This document shows positions 47,335-56,862 of a DNA stretch of 64,000 bases, in pieces. Source of the DNA: Bifidobacterium breve (GTDB taxonomy: Bacteria > Actinomycetota > Thermoleophilia > Solirubrobacterales > Solirubrobacteraceae). Position 1 is the stretch's first letter. Every line of letters begins with the position of its first letter. The notes beneath the pieces are model-generated. The model saw only the letters and a program-made list of their open reading frames with translations, made no database searches and was not told where the DNA came from. The stretch covers positions 80,227 to 144,226 of the forward strand of contig CAMCUD010000007.1 in the NCBI GenBank assembly GCA_945878865.1, given 5' to 3'. Position numbers and translations under genes: made by a program.

Positions 47335-49391
47335 CAGTTCGAGGTGTCGCTTCCCCGGACGACCTCGCCGGCCTTGTTGAAGAAGTACTTCGACAGGATC
47401 TGGCGGACGATCGGCGCGGCGGTGTCGGCGCCGAAGCCGCCCTCCTCGACGGTCGCGACGACGACGATCGGCTTGGTCTCGCTGGGAACGTACGCGGCGT
47501 ACCAGGACTGGTCGGCCTTCGGCTGGCGCTCGGCGGTCCCGGTCTTGCCGTAGATCGGGTACTTGTCGTTCGGCCAGTCCTTGAAGACGTCGGTCGATGT
47601 GCCGTTCGGCCCCTCGGCGGCGAGCTTCAGCCCGTCGAGGATCGCCTGCTGGTTGGCGGGGTCGAACTTCACCCGGGTGGAGCCGGCGGACTGGATGCGC
47701 TGCAGCTGGCGGCCCTGGGAGTCGTCGACCTCCATGCCGAGGTGCGGCTTGATGCGCTTGCCGCCGTTGGCCAGCGTCGAGTAGGCCACGGCCAGCTGCA
47801 GCGGCGTGGCCTGCAGGTCGCCCTGGCCGACGGACAGGTTGACGTTGTCACCGGCCGACCAGGGGCGCATGTCCGAGATGCCGCACCCCTCCGCCGCGGC
47901 GGTGTAGACGTCGGCGGAGATCGGGATCTTCTCCTTCTTGCGGCACGACTTCTCCTTGGCCGCGAGATCCTTGCGCCACTGGCGGTCGGGGATCAGCCCC
48001 TTCGTCTCGCCGGGAAGGTCGATGCCCGTACGGTGGCCGAAGCCGAGCTTCTTCGCCCACGTCTGGAGCACCTGGCCGCGCAGCCCGTTGAGCTTGGCCC
48101 CCAGTTGGTAGAAGTAGACGTCGCTGGAGACCTCCATGGCCTGGCGCAGCGAGATCGCCCCGTTCACCGCGTCGCCCGCGTTCTTGAACTTCTGCGGCCC
48201 CAGTTCGAAGACGCCGGTGTCGTTGATGACCTCGTCTGCGCCGCGCACGCCGGTCTGCAGCGCGGCCAGCGCGGTGACGATCTTGAACGTCGAGCCCGTC
48301 GGGTACTGCGCGCCGATGGTGCGGTTGAAGATCGGGGCGCCCGTCTCGTCACTGGTCAGGCGGTCGTACTGCGCCTGGGTCATCGGCTTGGTGAAGACCG
48401 ACGGGTCGAAGCTCGGGTAGGACGCCATCGCGAGGACCTCGCCGGTCTTCGGGTTCAGCGCCACCGCCGAGCCGGGCCGGCCCGCGCCGATGTTCCCGAG
48501 TGCCTTCTGGGCGGTCGCCTGGAGGTTGAGGTCGAGCGAGAGCCGCACCGTCCGCCCCGCCGTCGGGTCCTGCTCTTTCAGCGCGCCCTTCGGGTTGCCG
48601 AGCGCGTCGACCTGGATGCGGCGCATGCCGTCCTTGCCGCGCAAGTAGCTGTCGTACTCGAGCTCGAGGCCGTCCTGGCCGATGATCGTGCCCTGCTTGA
48701 GGTCGCGGTAGCGCTTCTTGCGCAGCTGCTCCGGGCTGATCTCGCCCACGGTGCCGACCAGCTGCGCGGCGAGCTGGCCCTGCGGGTACCGGCGCAGGTA
48801 GACCTCCTCGACGCGGACGCCGGGGAACTTCTTCTTGCGCTCGGAGATGTAGTTCAGGACCGAGCGCGGCACGTCGGTCTTCAGCCGCACGTCGGCGTAG
48901 GGCACCTGGGCGAGCTGCTGGATGACGTCGCGGTGGATCGCGTCGGCGGAGGTACCGAGCACCCGCGCCAACCGGGCGTAGCGCTGTTCGAGCTCGCCGT
49001 TGTCGATCGGCGGGATCGGCACCGGCTCACCGCGCTTGCCCTTCGGCTTGGCGGCGCGCTGGCCTGCCTCCTGGCCCCACGTCGCGGCCATCTCGCGCTC
49101 GGAATCGGGCAGCGTGCTCGGCTCGATCGTCACGACGATCGCGCGGCGGTTCGTGACGAGCACCCGCCCGTTGCGGTCGACGATCTCGCCGCGCGGCGCC
49201 TGGATGCGCAGCTCACGGACGCGGTTGTTGTTGGCCTCGGCCAGGTACGAGTCGCCGGACAGCACCTGCAAGTACCAGAGGCGGAAGAAGATCACCGCGA
49301 ACAGGACGAGCGCGACGCCGCCGAAGATCGCCACCCGCAGCGCGAGCTGGGGCGTGATCGGGGGCCGGCGGTCTGTGACGGGATCGACCAT
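47334..49391 (-). CDS. mrdA: penicillin-binding protein 2 (elongasome transpeptidase)
   Basis: 685 aa with an N-terminal TM helix, SxxK as GSTFKI and KTG as GKTGTAE. Confidence 0.93.
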   Translation of the reverse strand: MVDPVTDRRPPITPQLALRVAIFGGVALVLFAVIFFRLWYLQVLSGDSYLAEANNNRVRELRIQAPRGEIVDRNGRVLVTNRRAIVVTIEPSTLPDSEREMAATWGQEAGQRAAKPKGKRGEPVPIPPIDNGELEQRYARLARVLGTSADAIHRDVIQQLAQVPYADVRLKTDVPRSVLNYISERKKKFPGVRVEEVYLRRYPQGQLAAQLVGTVGEISPEQLRKKRYRDLKQGTIIGQDGLELEYDSYLRGKDGMRRIQVDALGNPKGALKEQDPTAGRTVRLSLDLNLQATAQKALGNIGAGRPGSAVALNPKTGEVLAMASYPSFDPSVFTKPMTQAQYDRLTSDETGAPIFNRTIGAQYPTGSTFKIVTALAALQTGVRGADEVINDTGVFELGPQKFKNAGDAVNGAISLRQAMEVSSDVYFYQLGAKLNGLRGQVLQTWAKKLGFGHRTGIDLPGETKGLIPDRQWRKDLAAKEKSCRKKEKIPISADVYTAAAEGCGISDMRPWSAGDNVNLSVGQGDLQATPLQLAVAYSTLANGGKRIKPHLGMEVDDSQGRQLQRIQSAGSTRVKFDPANQQAILDGLKLAAEGPNGTSTDVFKDWPNDKYPIYGKTGTAERQPKADQSWYAAYVPSETKPIVVVATVEEGGFGADTAAPIVRQILSKYFFNKAGEVVRGSDTSN

Positions 49392-49394
49392 GGG

Positions 49395-49961
49395 TCAGCG
49401 CGCGCGCGACAGCGGGGACAGGGACGTGGTCGTGGCGCGGCGGCGGCGCCGGCGCGGGTCCGTGGGCAGCGCGGGCACCAACCAGGATCGCACCAGGGCG
49501 TAGACCGGAAGCGCCAGGAGCATGTTCAGCAGCATCGTCACGAGCGTCTGACGAAGGATGACGCCGCTGACGGGCGCCTCCACGTCGAGCAGGAACTGGA
49601 TGATCGCGTACCCCAGCACGTACGTCAGCGTCGCGGCGGCCGCGCCGAACAGCGGGACGAACGCGCCCTCCGGGTCGCGCGCCTCCTGGATCCGCCCGGC
49701 GGCGAAGCCGATCGTCAGCAGCAGCAGCGACGAGATCCCCAGCCAGTGGAAGAGTGCGATGTCGACGAACAAGCCGACCGCGAAGCCGAACACCGCGCCC
49801 GTGAGCGCGCCGCACAGCAGGCCCACGGCGAGCACGACCAGCGGGACGATGTCCGCGATGCCGCCCGCGATGCGGATCTGGCTGACGAAGGTCACCTGCA
49901 GAAGCACGGTGACCGCCCCGAGGAGCCCGACGCGCAGGCGCAGATGCTGGCGTTCGTTCAC
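49395..49961 (-). CDS. mreD: rod shape-determining protein MreD
   Basis: 188-aa polytopic ORF in the conserved position between mreC and pbp2, with a 4-nt overlap with mreC. Confidence 0.8.
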   Translation of the reverse strand: MNERQHLRLRVGLLGAVTVLLQVTFVSQIRIAGGIADIVPLVVLAVGLLCGALTGAVFGFAVGLFVDIALFHWLGISSLLLLTIGFAAGRIQEARDPEGAFVPLFGAAAATLTYVLGYAIIQFLLDVEAPVSGVILRQTLVTMLLNMLLALPVYALVRSWLVPALPTDPRRRRRRATTTSLSPLSRAR

Positions 49962-50809
49962 GCGCGGCCCCCATTGACGGCGGTCAGCACCTGGACGAAC
50001 TCCAGGCCGCGCAGGTCCACATACGGGCGCAGATGCACCTGCTGGCTGTCCGAGCCGGCGTCGTCGACGCGCGTGACCTCGCCGATCGGGATGTTCGGCG
50101 GGTACAGCGAGTTGAACTTCCGCGAGTTCGTCCCCGCGGTAACGATGCGCGACTTCAGGCGGACCTCGCGGCGCGGCGGCGTGTAGTTCAGCAGCAGGTC
50201 GTTCGGGTTGCCGGCGCCGGAGCTCTCCACCACGCCCTGCACCGGCGGGTTGCCGACGTTCGTGCGGGCCGGCACGCCCGACGACGAATCCGTGATGAGC
50301 GTGACCTGCGCCGTGCCGCGGGTGACCGCCTCGACCGTGCCAACGAGGCCGCCGGGCGCCACGACGGGCATCCCGGGCTTCACGCCGTCGCCGCTGCCCT
50401 TGTCGATGCCGATCCGCGAGTACCAGACGCTCGGGTCGTAGGTGATCACCCGCGCCCCCACCGGCGCGTAGGCGTCGAGGCCCAGCGCCTGGTTCATCTC
50501 CAGCTGCTTGCGCAGCTCCGCGTTTTCCCGCTCGGCGGCCTGCGCGGCCACCGCCTGCTGGCGCAGCGCGTCACGCTCGGTGCGCAGGTCCTTGACCTGG
50601 CCCTTGGCGTCCAGGGTGTCGCCGAACCACCCGACGAGATCGCGGACCGGCTTCAGCGCCCGGCTCGCGCCCTCCTGGATGGGGCTGATCACCTCGTTGA
50701 AGAACCCGGCGCCGCCGGTGCTTCCAAAGGTGGCCGTGAGAAGGATCAAACAGCTGACGACGAGCAGTCCGAGGACCGCCCGGCGCCGCCGGACCGACTT
50801 GTCGTACAC
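49958..50809 (-). CDS. mreC: rod shape-determining protein MreC
   Basis: 283 aa with an N-terminal TM helix, a coiled coil (LRQQAVAAQAAERENAELRKQLE) and beta-rich domains. Confidence 0.88.
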   Translation of the reverse strand: MYDKSVRRRRAVLGLLVVSCLILLTATFGSTGGAGFFNEVISPIQEGASRALKPVRDLVGWFGDTLDAKGQVKDLRTERDALRQQAVAAQAAERENAELRKQLEMNQALGLDAYAPVGARVITYDPSVWYSRIGIDKGSGDGVKPGMPVVAPGGLVGTVEAVTRGTAQVTLITDSSSGVPARTNVGNPPVQGVVESSGAGNPNDLLLNYTPPRREVRLKSRIVTAGTNSRKFNSLYPPNIPIGEVTRVDDAGSDSQQVHLRPYVDLRGLEFVQVLTAVNGGRA

Positions 50810-50851
50810 GTGGGGGAAAGCTCCAGGGTCTTCATCGTCTGCTGCCGGGCG

Positions 50852-51904
<1,053 letters not shown>

Positions 51905-51954
51905 TCAGGAGACGAATGCCCTGCAAAGTTCAAGGCGCTTCGCCGCGCGGGAGT

Positions 51955-52521
51955 CTAGCGAGCGGCCTGCAGCAGCTCAGGCGCCGCATCGAGAAGTGCA
52001 GCGACGGGCAACCCGACGACGTTCAGGTAATCCCCCTCGATCCGGCGGATCAGCCCCGCACCGCGCAGTTGGATGGCGAATCCGCCCGCGCGGCCCTCCC
52101 ACTCCCCGGCCGCGACGTACGCGTCGAGCTGCTCGTCGGTGAGCGTGCGAAAGGTCACACGCGTGATGTCGTGGTGCAGCTCCTGCGCCCCGTCGCGCAC
52201 GATCGCCAGCCCGCTGACGACCTCGTGCGTGCGGCCGTTCAGGCGGCCGAGCATGGCCCGCGCGTCCGCGGCACCTGCGGGCTTGCCGAACACCTCGCCG
52301 TCGAGATGGACCTCCGTGTCGACGCCGAGGATGAGCCGGCCGGCGGCGCCGATGCGCTCGGCCACCGCCTGCGCCTTGCGGTGCGCGTTGACGCGGACCA
52401 CCTCGACCGGATCACCGGACTCGAGCTCGGGGACGTCGGCGACGACGACCTCGAACTCGAGCCCGAGCTGCTCGAGGATGGCGCGGCGCTGAGGCGACGC
52501 GCTGGCAAGGGTGAGAACCAT
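51955..52521 (-). CDS. maf: Maf-like nucleoside triphosphate pyrophosphatase
   Basis: 188 aa from ATG 52521 (MVLTLASASPQRRAILEQLG) with GAGGFAIQ. Confidence 0.9.
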   Translation of the reverse strand: MVLTLASASPQRRAILEQLGLEFEVVVADVPELESGDPVEVVRVNAHRKAQAVAERIGAAGRLILGVDTEVHLDGEVFGKPAGAADARAMLGRLNGRTHEVVSGLAIVRDGAQELHHDITRVTFRTLTDEQLDAYVAAGEWEGRAGGFAIQLRGAGLIRRIEGDYLNVVGLPVAALLDAAPELLQAAR

Positions 52522-52546
52522 GCTCCGGCTCCGGATGGGGAAACTA

Positions 52547-52573
52547 CGCCCCTCCGGGCTTCGCCCTGGGGCG
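52547..52573 (-). terminator. stem-loop immediately after the ndk stop
   Basis: On the minus strand, CGCCCC-A-GGGC-GAA-GCCC-GGA-GGGGCG is followed by TAGTTT. Confidence 0.45.
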
Positions 52574-52978
52574 TTACCCGAAAAAGATCCCGCTCTCCCG
52601 CACACCCGACTCCGGCGAGTCCGAGCCGTGCACGAGGTTCGTGCCGACCTCGATCGCGAAGTCGCCGCGGATGGTGCCCGGAGCGGCCTCGAGCGGGTTC
52701 GTCGCGCCGATGACCTGGCGGGCGGCCTTGACGGCGTTCTCGCCCTCGAGGATCGCGGCGACGAGCGGGCCGGAGGTGATGAACTCGACGAGCTCGTCGA
52801 AGAACGGCTTGCCCTCGTGCTCGCCGTAGTGCGTCGAGGCGATCTCGACCGTCAGCGTCGTCTGCTTCAGCGCGGCGATGGTCAGGCCCTTGCGCTCGAA
52901 GCGGGCGAGGATCTCGCCGGTCAGGCCGCGCGCGAACGCGTCGGGCTTGACGAGGATGAGGGTCTGCTCAACGGCCAT
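52574..52978 (-). CDS. ndk: nucleoside-diphosphate kinase
   Basis: 134 aa beginning [15 protein letters not shown], with active site NLVHGSDS. Confidence 0.97.
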   Translation of the reverse strand: MAVEQTLILVKPDAFARGLTGEILARFERKGLTIAALKQTTLTVEIASTHYGEHEGKPFFDELVEFITSGPLVAAILEGENAVKAARQVIGATNPLEAAPGTIRGDFAIEVGTNLVHGSDSPESGVRESGIFFG

Positions 52979-53019
52979 GGTGTCTCCAGAGTTCGGGGAA
53001 GTCGGCGGTGAAGGCTACG

Positions 53020-54459
53020 TCAGCGCAGCCGCAGGCGCTGTGCCCGCGCCGAGCCGGTGCCCGGGTCGATCCGCACGCTGTCGACGGCCAGCACCCGGAA
53101 CGGGTCGGCGCTGTAGCGCAGCACCGCGAGGCCGAGCGCGTCGGCCTCCGGCTCGGCGAGGTTGCCGGTCCCTCCCGCGCCGAGGGTGCCGCCGTTGACC
53201 TCCAGCACGCCGCGGACCTCGCGGACGACCTGCCGATGGGTGTGGCCGAACACCACGACCGGCGGCCGCACCCGCCGCTCGCGCCGCAGCTCGGTGACCG
53301 CCGCGGCGGCGAACTCCGGCTCGTGGACCATGAGCACGTCAACCGGCCCGGCCTCGAGCAGCTGCTGCAGCCACGTCGTGAACGCCTCCGTCTGCGCGGT
53401 GGAGATCGACGCGCCGCGGTCGGCGTAGTCCTGGGTGGACAGGCGCATGTTCGGGCTGCCGTAGCCCGCCATCCGCACGCCCTCGACCCGGACGACCTTC
53501 GCGCCGTACCCGCCGGCGGGCAGCAGACGTCCCTGACGGGTCAGCACGATCGCGCCGCGACGCGCCAGCTGGCGCATCGAGACGTCGGAGTCGTGGTTGC
53601 CGGCGATCGCCACGAACGCCCGCCCCGTCGCCACCACGCGGCGGGTGACCGTGCTCTCCAGCGGCGTGCCGCGGTCGGTGAGATCCCCGGCGAACAGGAC
53701 CGTCGCGCCATTCGACGCACGCTCGAGCGTCGGCAGCGCCAGGACGTTGTTGTGCAGGTCCGAGGCGACGACCATCCGCGGGCCGCGTTCGATCTCCTGG
53801 CGTTCCCCCGGGGACCGCACGAGCCGGGCGAGGCCGACGAGCTGGGCGTCGAGCTCGTCGCCCAGCACGTCCCCCGAGCGCCGGATGTCCTCCAGCGCCG
53901 CGAGCGCAACCGGGATGTCCGGACCGTTGGCGTAGTACTCGGGCGTGTCGAGCCGGCCGCGCGGCGGCAACAGCACGACGAGCAGCACCGCCCACACGGC
54001 TGCGCCGCCGAGCGCGACGAGCAGCAGCCGTCGCATCGGCGCGACGTGCCCGCTGCGCAACGCGAGCGCCACCAGGCCGCCGGCCAGCAGCGCCCCCAGC
54101 ACCGACACCGCGATGAGCTCGCGCAGATAGCCCCGCAACGCATCGGTCGCCTCCTCACGCAGACCGCGCACGGCGGGCACGTCGCCCCCGGCCGCGCTCG
54201 CCAGCACCTGGCGGTTCAGCGCGCGGACGTCGACCTTGACCCGCACCGGTAGGCGCACGGTGTCGAACCGCACGCCCCAGTCGACGAGCGGCACGTAGAG
54301 GTCAAGCGCCCCGCGATGCCCGACGTCGACGTTGAGGTCGATCCGGCCGACCGACAGCGAGCGCTCCTGGGTGAACGTCTCGAGGGCCAGGACCCCGCCG
54401 GCGACCGTCGCGACGACGACCAGCAGAACGGCCAGGGCGCTGCGGAGCTTGTGACCCAC
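53020..54459 (-). CDS. membrane-anchored metallophosphoesterase
   Basis: 479 aa with N-terminal and internal TM helices. Motifs are VVASDLHNN, FAGDLTDRG, AIAGNHDS and VFGHTH. Confidence 0.8.
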   Translation of the reverse strand: MGHKLRSALAVLLVVVATVAGGVLALETFTQERSLSVGRIDLNVDVGHRGALDLYVPLVDWGVRFDTVRLPVRVKVDVRALNRQVLASAAGGDVPAVRGLREEATDALRGYLRELIAVSVLGALLAGGLVALALRSGHVAPMRRLLLVALGGAAVWAVLLVVLLPPRGRLDTPEYYANGPDIPVALAALEDIRRSGDVLGDELDAQLVGLARLVRSPGERQEIERGPRMVVASDLHNNVLALPTLERASNGATVLFAGDLTDRGTPLESTVTRRVVATGRAFVAIAGNHDSDVSMRQLARRGAIVLTRQGRLLPAGGYGAKVVRVEGVRMAGYGSPNMRLSTQDYADRGASISTAQTEAFTTWLQQLLEAGPVDVLMVHEPEFAAAAVTELRRERRVRPPVVVFGHTHRQVVREVRGVLEVNGGTLGAGGTGNLAEPEADALGLAVLRYSADPFRVLAVDSVRIDPGTGSARAQRLRLR

Positions 54460-54494
54460 CCCTCCAGGGGTAGCAGCGTCACCTCAAGCGCAGG

Positions 54495-54932
54495 TCAGTC
54501 CAGCGCGCGCGAGAAGTGGTACGACGCGATGCGCATGCCGTGCCGAAAGTAGAAGCGATGCGCGTCGGCGCGCTCGGGTCCCACCCCGGAATCGAGGTGC
54601 AGCACCGCGCACCCCGCCCGGCGCGCCTCGCCCTCGATCCAGGCCAGGACGGCGTCGGCGTGCCCCCGGCCGCGGGCGGCGGCGCGAGTCACGAGGTCGT
54701 CAACGTAGAGGTGACGCCCGAGGTGAAGGTTCTCGCCGAGCCGGAACCCGCCGACCGCGGCGGCATCGATCTCCTCGTCGGCGAACGAGGCGACGAGCCG
54801 GTACCCGGTCTCGCGCTGGGCGTCCATCCGCGCGGTGATCGCCGCAGCGTCGCCCCACTGCGGGCGCAGCTCGAGCATCGCCGCCGCCGCGAGATGCGTC
54901 TCGCCCGGGAGGAGCTCCCGGACGAGGCTCAC
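54495..54932 (-). CDS. GNAT family N-acetyltransferase
   Basis: 145 aa from GTG 54932 with acetyl-CoA motif ARGRGHADAVL. It has a GTGA start/stop overlap with the upstream gene. Confidence 0.75.
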   Translation of the reverse strand: MSLVRELLPGETHLAAAAMLELRPQWGDAAAITARMDAQRETGYRLVASFADEEIDAAAVGGFRLGENLHLGRHLYVDDLVTRAAARGRGHADAVLAWIEGEARRAGCAVLHLDSGVGPERADAHRFYFRHGMRIASYHFSRALD

Positions 54933-55450
54933 GAGTCGACGGCGGTCCGCTCGGACGTGGACTGCTCGCCCGTCGTGCCACGGCGACGACGGCGACGCGG
55001 CGTCGAGGCGCCGGCGACATCGGTCTCGCAGTACGGGCACAGCCGCCACTCGGGGTCGAGCGGCTTGGCGCAGTTCGTGCAGGGGTCACGCAGCTTGCGC
55101 GTGCACGACGGGCAGCGCAGCCAGTCCTCCTTGACCTCGAACGAGCAGTGCGGGCAGGCCAGGTAGCTCAGCTGGGCCAGCCGGGCCTCGGCCGCCTGCA
55201 TCTCGAGCTCGCGCTCGCGCACGTCCTCGAGGAACTCCGGCGGGCGCACGATCGTGTACACGATCACGCCGACGAAGGGGAAGATGATGGCTGCGGCCAC
55301 CGCGCAGCCGACGAGCATGGCGTCGTCGATGCGCCGCCGCGCGTCCGAGTACGTCCAGTACACGAGCGCCAGGTAGACGACGACCAGGAACAGCAGCAGC
55401 AGGTTCGCGGCGAGGTTCAGGCCGTCCGCCGAATCGGACAGTTCAAGCAT
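54929..55450 (-). CDS. membrane protein with PLD-nuclease N-terminal (PLDc_N) domain and double zinc ribbon
   Basis: 173 aa with two TM helices and YWTYSDARRR (PLDc_N-like). Four CxxC pairs follow: CPHC..CPSC..CTNC..CPYC. Confidence 0.75.
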   Translation of the reverse strand: MLELSDSADGLNLAANLLLLFLVVVYLALVYWTYSDARRRIDDAMLVGCAVAAAIIFPFVGVIVYTIVRPPEFLEDVRERELEMQAAEARLAQLSYLACPHCSFEVKEDWLRCPSCTRKLRDPCTNCAKPLDPEWRLCPYCETDVAGASTPRRRRRRGTTGEQSTSERTAVDS

Positions 55451-55477
55451 GGGAATCAGGGAGCCTAGAGCAACGAC

Positions 55478-55597
55478 CTACAGGAACAGCCTGCCGAAGA
55501 GGTAGCCGAGCGCGAAGAACACCAGGATCACGAGCGCCACGATCAGCGCGACGGCCGCGATGAGCGCGATGGCGTTGGGGCCGTCGTTCTCGGTCAC
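55478..55597 (-). CDS. 39-aa single-pass membrane peptide
   Basis: GTG 55597 overlaps the folC stop (GTGA). The peptide is (V)TENDGPNAIALIAAVALIVALVILVFFALGYLFGRLFL, with coding-like GC3. Confidence 0.5.
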   Translation of the reverse strand: MTENDGPNAIALIAAVALIVALVILVFFALGYLFGRLFL

Positions 55598-56862
55598 AGC
55601 GTGCTCACCCGCCGGGCGTCGTCCGTCCGCAGGAGGTCGGCGATGAGGTAGATCGAGCCGGTCGCCAGGACCACGCCGTCGCCGCCGGCCAGCCGCCGGG
55701 CGAGCGCGACGGCCCGCCGAGGATCGGGCTCGCGGTGGACGTCGTCGGCCCCCACCTGCTCGGCGAGGGACTCCAGTGTGGCCGGGCTCAGGGCCCGGGG
55801 ATTCGCGTTGCTCGTCACCACCACGTGCGCGCAGTGTGGCAGGAGCGCGGCCAACATCGCAGCGGCGTCCTTGTCGTCGAGCACGCTGACGACCGCCGTC
55901 AGCGGCCGGCCGGCCAGGAATCCGGGCAGCGACGCGGCCAGCGCCTGCATGCCCCCGGGGTTGTGCGCACCGTCGAGAATCGTGTCCGGCTCTCGGTCGA
56001 CGAGCTGGAAGCGGCCCGGCACCGACACCTGGGCGGCCGCCGCACGCACGGCCCCGTCGTCGAGACGGCCCAGCCATGCGCGCGCGGCCTCCATGGCGGC
56101 CGCGAAGTTCCGCCGCTGGAAGTCCCCGAGGGCATGCAGCGCCACGCCCGGATCGGCCGGCGCGTGCACGATCGTCGCCCGCTGACGCGCCGCCGCGGCC
56201 TCGGCCTCCACCAGCGCGTCGGGGTGAAGATCGGCGCCCAGCACGAGCGTGCCCCCGGGCGGCAGCACGGCGAGCTTCTCGCGCGCGATGTCCGTCACCG
56301 TCGGGCCGAGCCAGCGCGTGTGCTCCAAGCCGACGTTCGTCAGCACGACGACGGGCGCGTCGAGCACGTTCGTCGCGTCGTAGCGTCCACCGAGGCCCGC
56401 CTCGACCACGGCGACGTCCACCTCCTGACGCGCGAGCTCGTCGAGCGCCGCCGCCGTGAGCGCCTCGAACTGCGTGACCTGATCGCCTTCCTCGAGGGTC
56501 CGGTCCACCCGCTCGGTGGCCCGGCGCGCTCGCCCGACCGCCGCGGCGAACGCGTCCTCGCCGATGTCGGCGTCCCCCACCCGGATCCGCTCGGCGAACG
56601 AGACGAGGTGCGGCGACAGGTAGCTGCCGGCGCGCACGCCGTGGCGCTCGAGGATCGCGGCGGTCATCCGGGTCGTCGACGACTTCCCGTTCGTCCCCAC
56701 GATGTGGATCGCGCCGTAGCGGTCCTGTGGCGATCCGAGCGCGGTGAGCAGCCGGCGCATCCGGTCAAGGCCGAACCGCATGCCAAAGAGCTCGAGGCCG
56801 AGCAGCCAGGCCTCGGCGTCGGCGGCGGACCACGCGGCGCGGCGCGGCGAAGCGCCCGCCAT
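55594..56862 (-). CDS. folC: bifunctional folylpolyglutamate synthase / dihydrofolate synthase
   Basis: 422 aa with P-loop HIVGTNGKSST. It has a TGATG junction with valS. Confidence 0.94.
   Translation of the reverse strand: MAGASPRRAAWSAADAEAWLLGLELFGMRFGLDRMRRLLTALGSPQDRYGAIHIVGTNGKSSTTRMTAAILERHGVRAGSYLSPHLVSFAERIRVGDADIGEDAFAAAVGRARRATERVDRTLEEGDQVTQFEALTAAALDELARQEVDVAVVEAGLGGRYDATNVLDAPVVVLTNVGLEHTRWLGPTVTDIAREKLAVLPPGGTLVLGADLHPDALVEAEAAAARQRATIVHAPADPGVALHALGDFQRRNFAAAMEAARAWLGRLDDGAVRAAAAQVSVPGRFQLVDREPDTILDGAHNPGGMQALAASLPGFLAGRPLTAVVSVLDDKDAAAMLAALLPHCAHVVVTSNANPRALSPATLESLAEQVGADDVHREPDPRRAVALARRLAGGDGVVLATGSIYLIADLLRTDDARRVSTL

Noticed and set aside
54495-54932. The GNAT as a TacT/AtaT-type toxin of a TA pair.
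   Set aside because: The coupled upstream gene is a membrane zinc-ribbon protein, not a small RHH or HTH antitoxin. Nothing else supports a toxin role.
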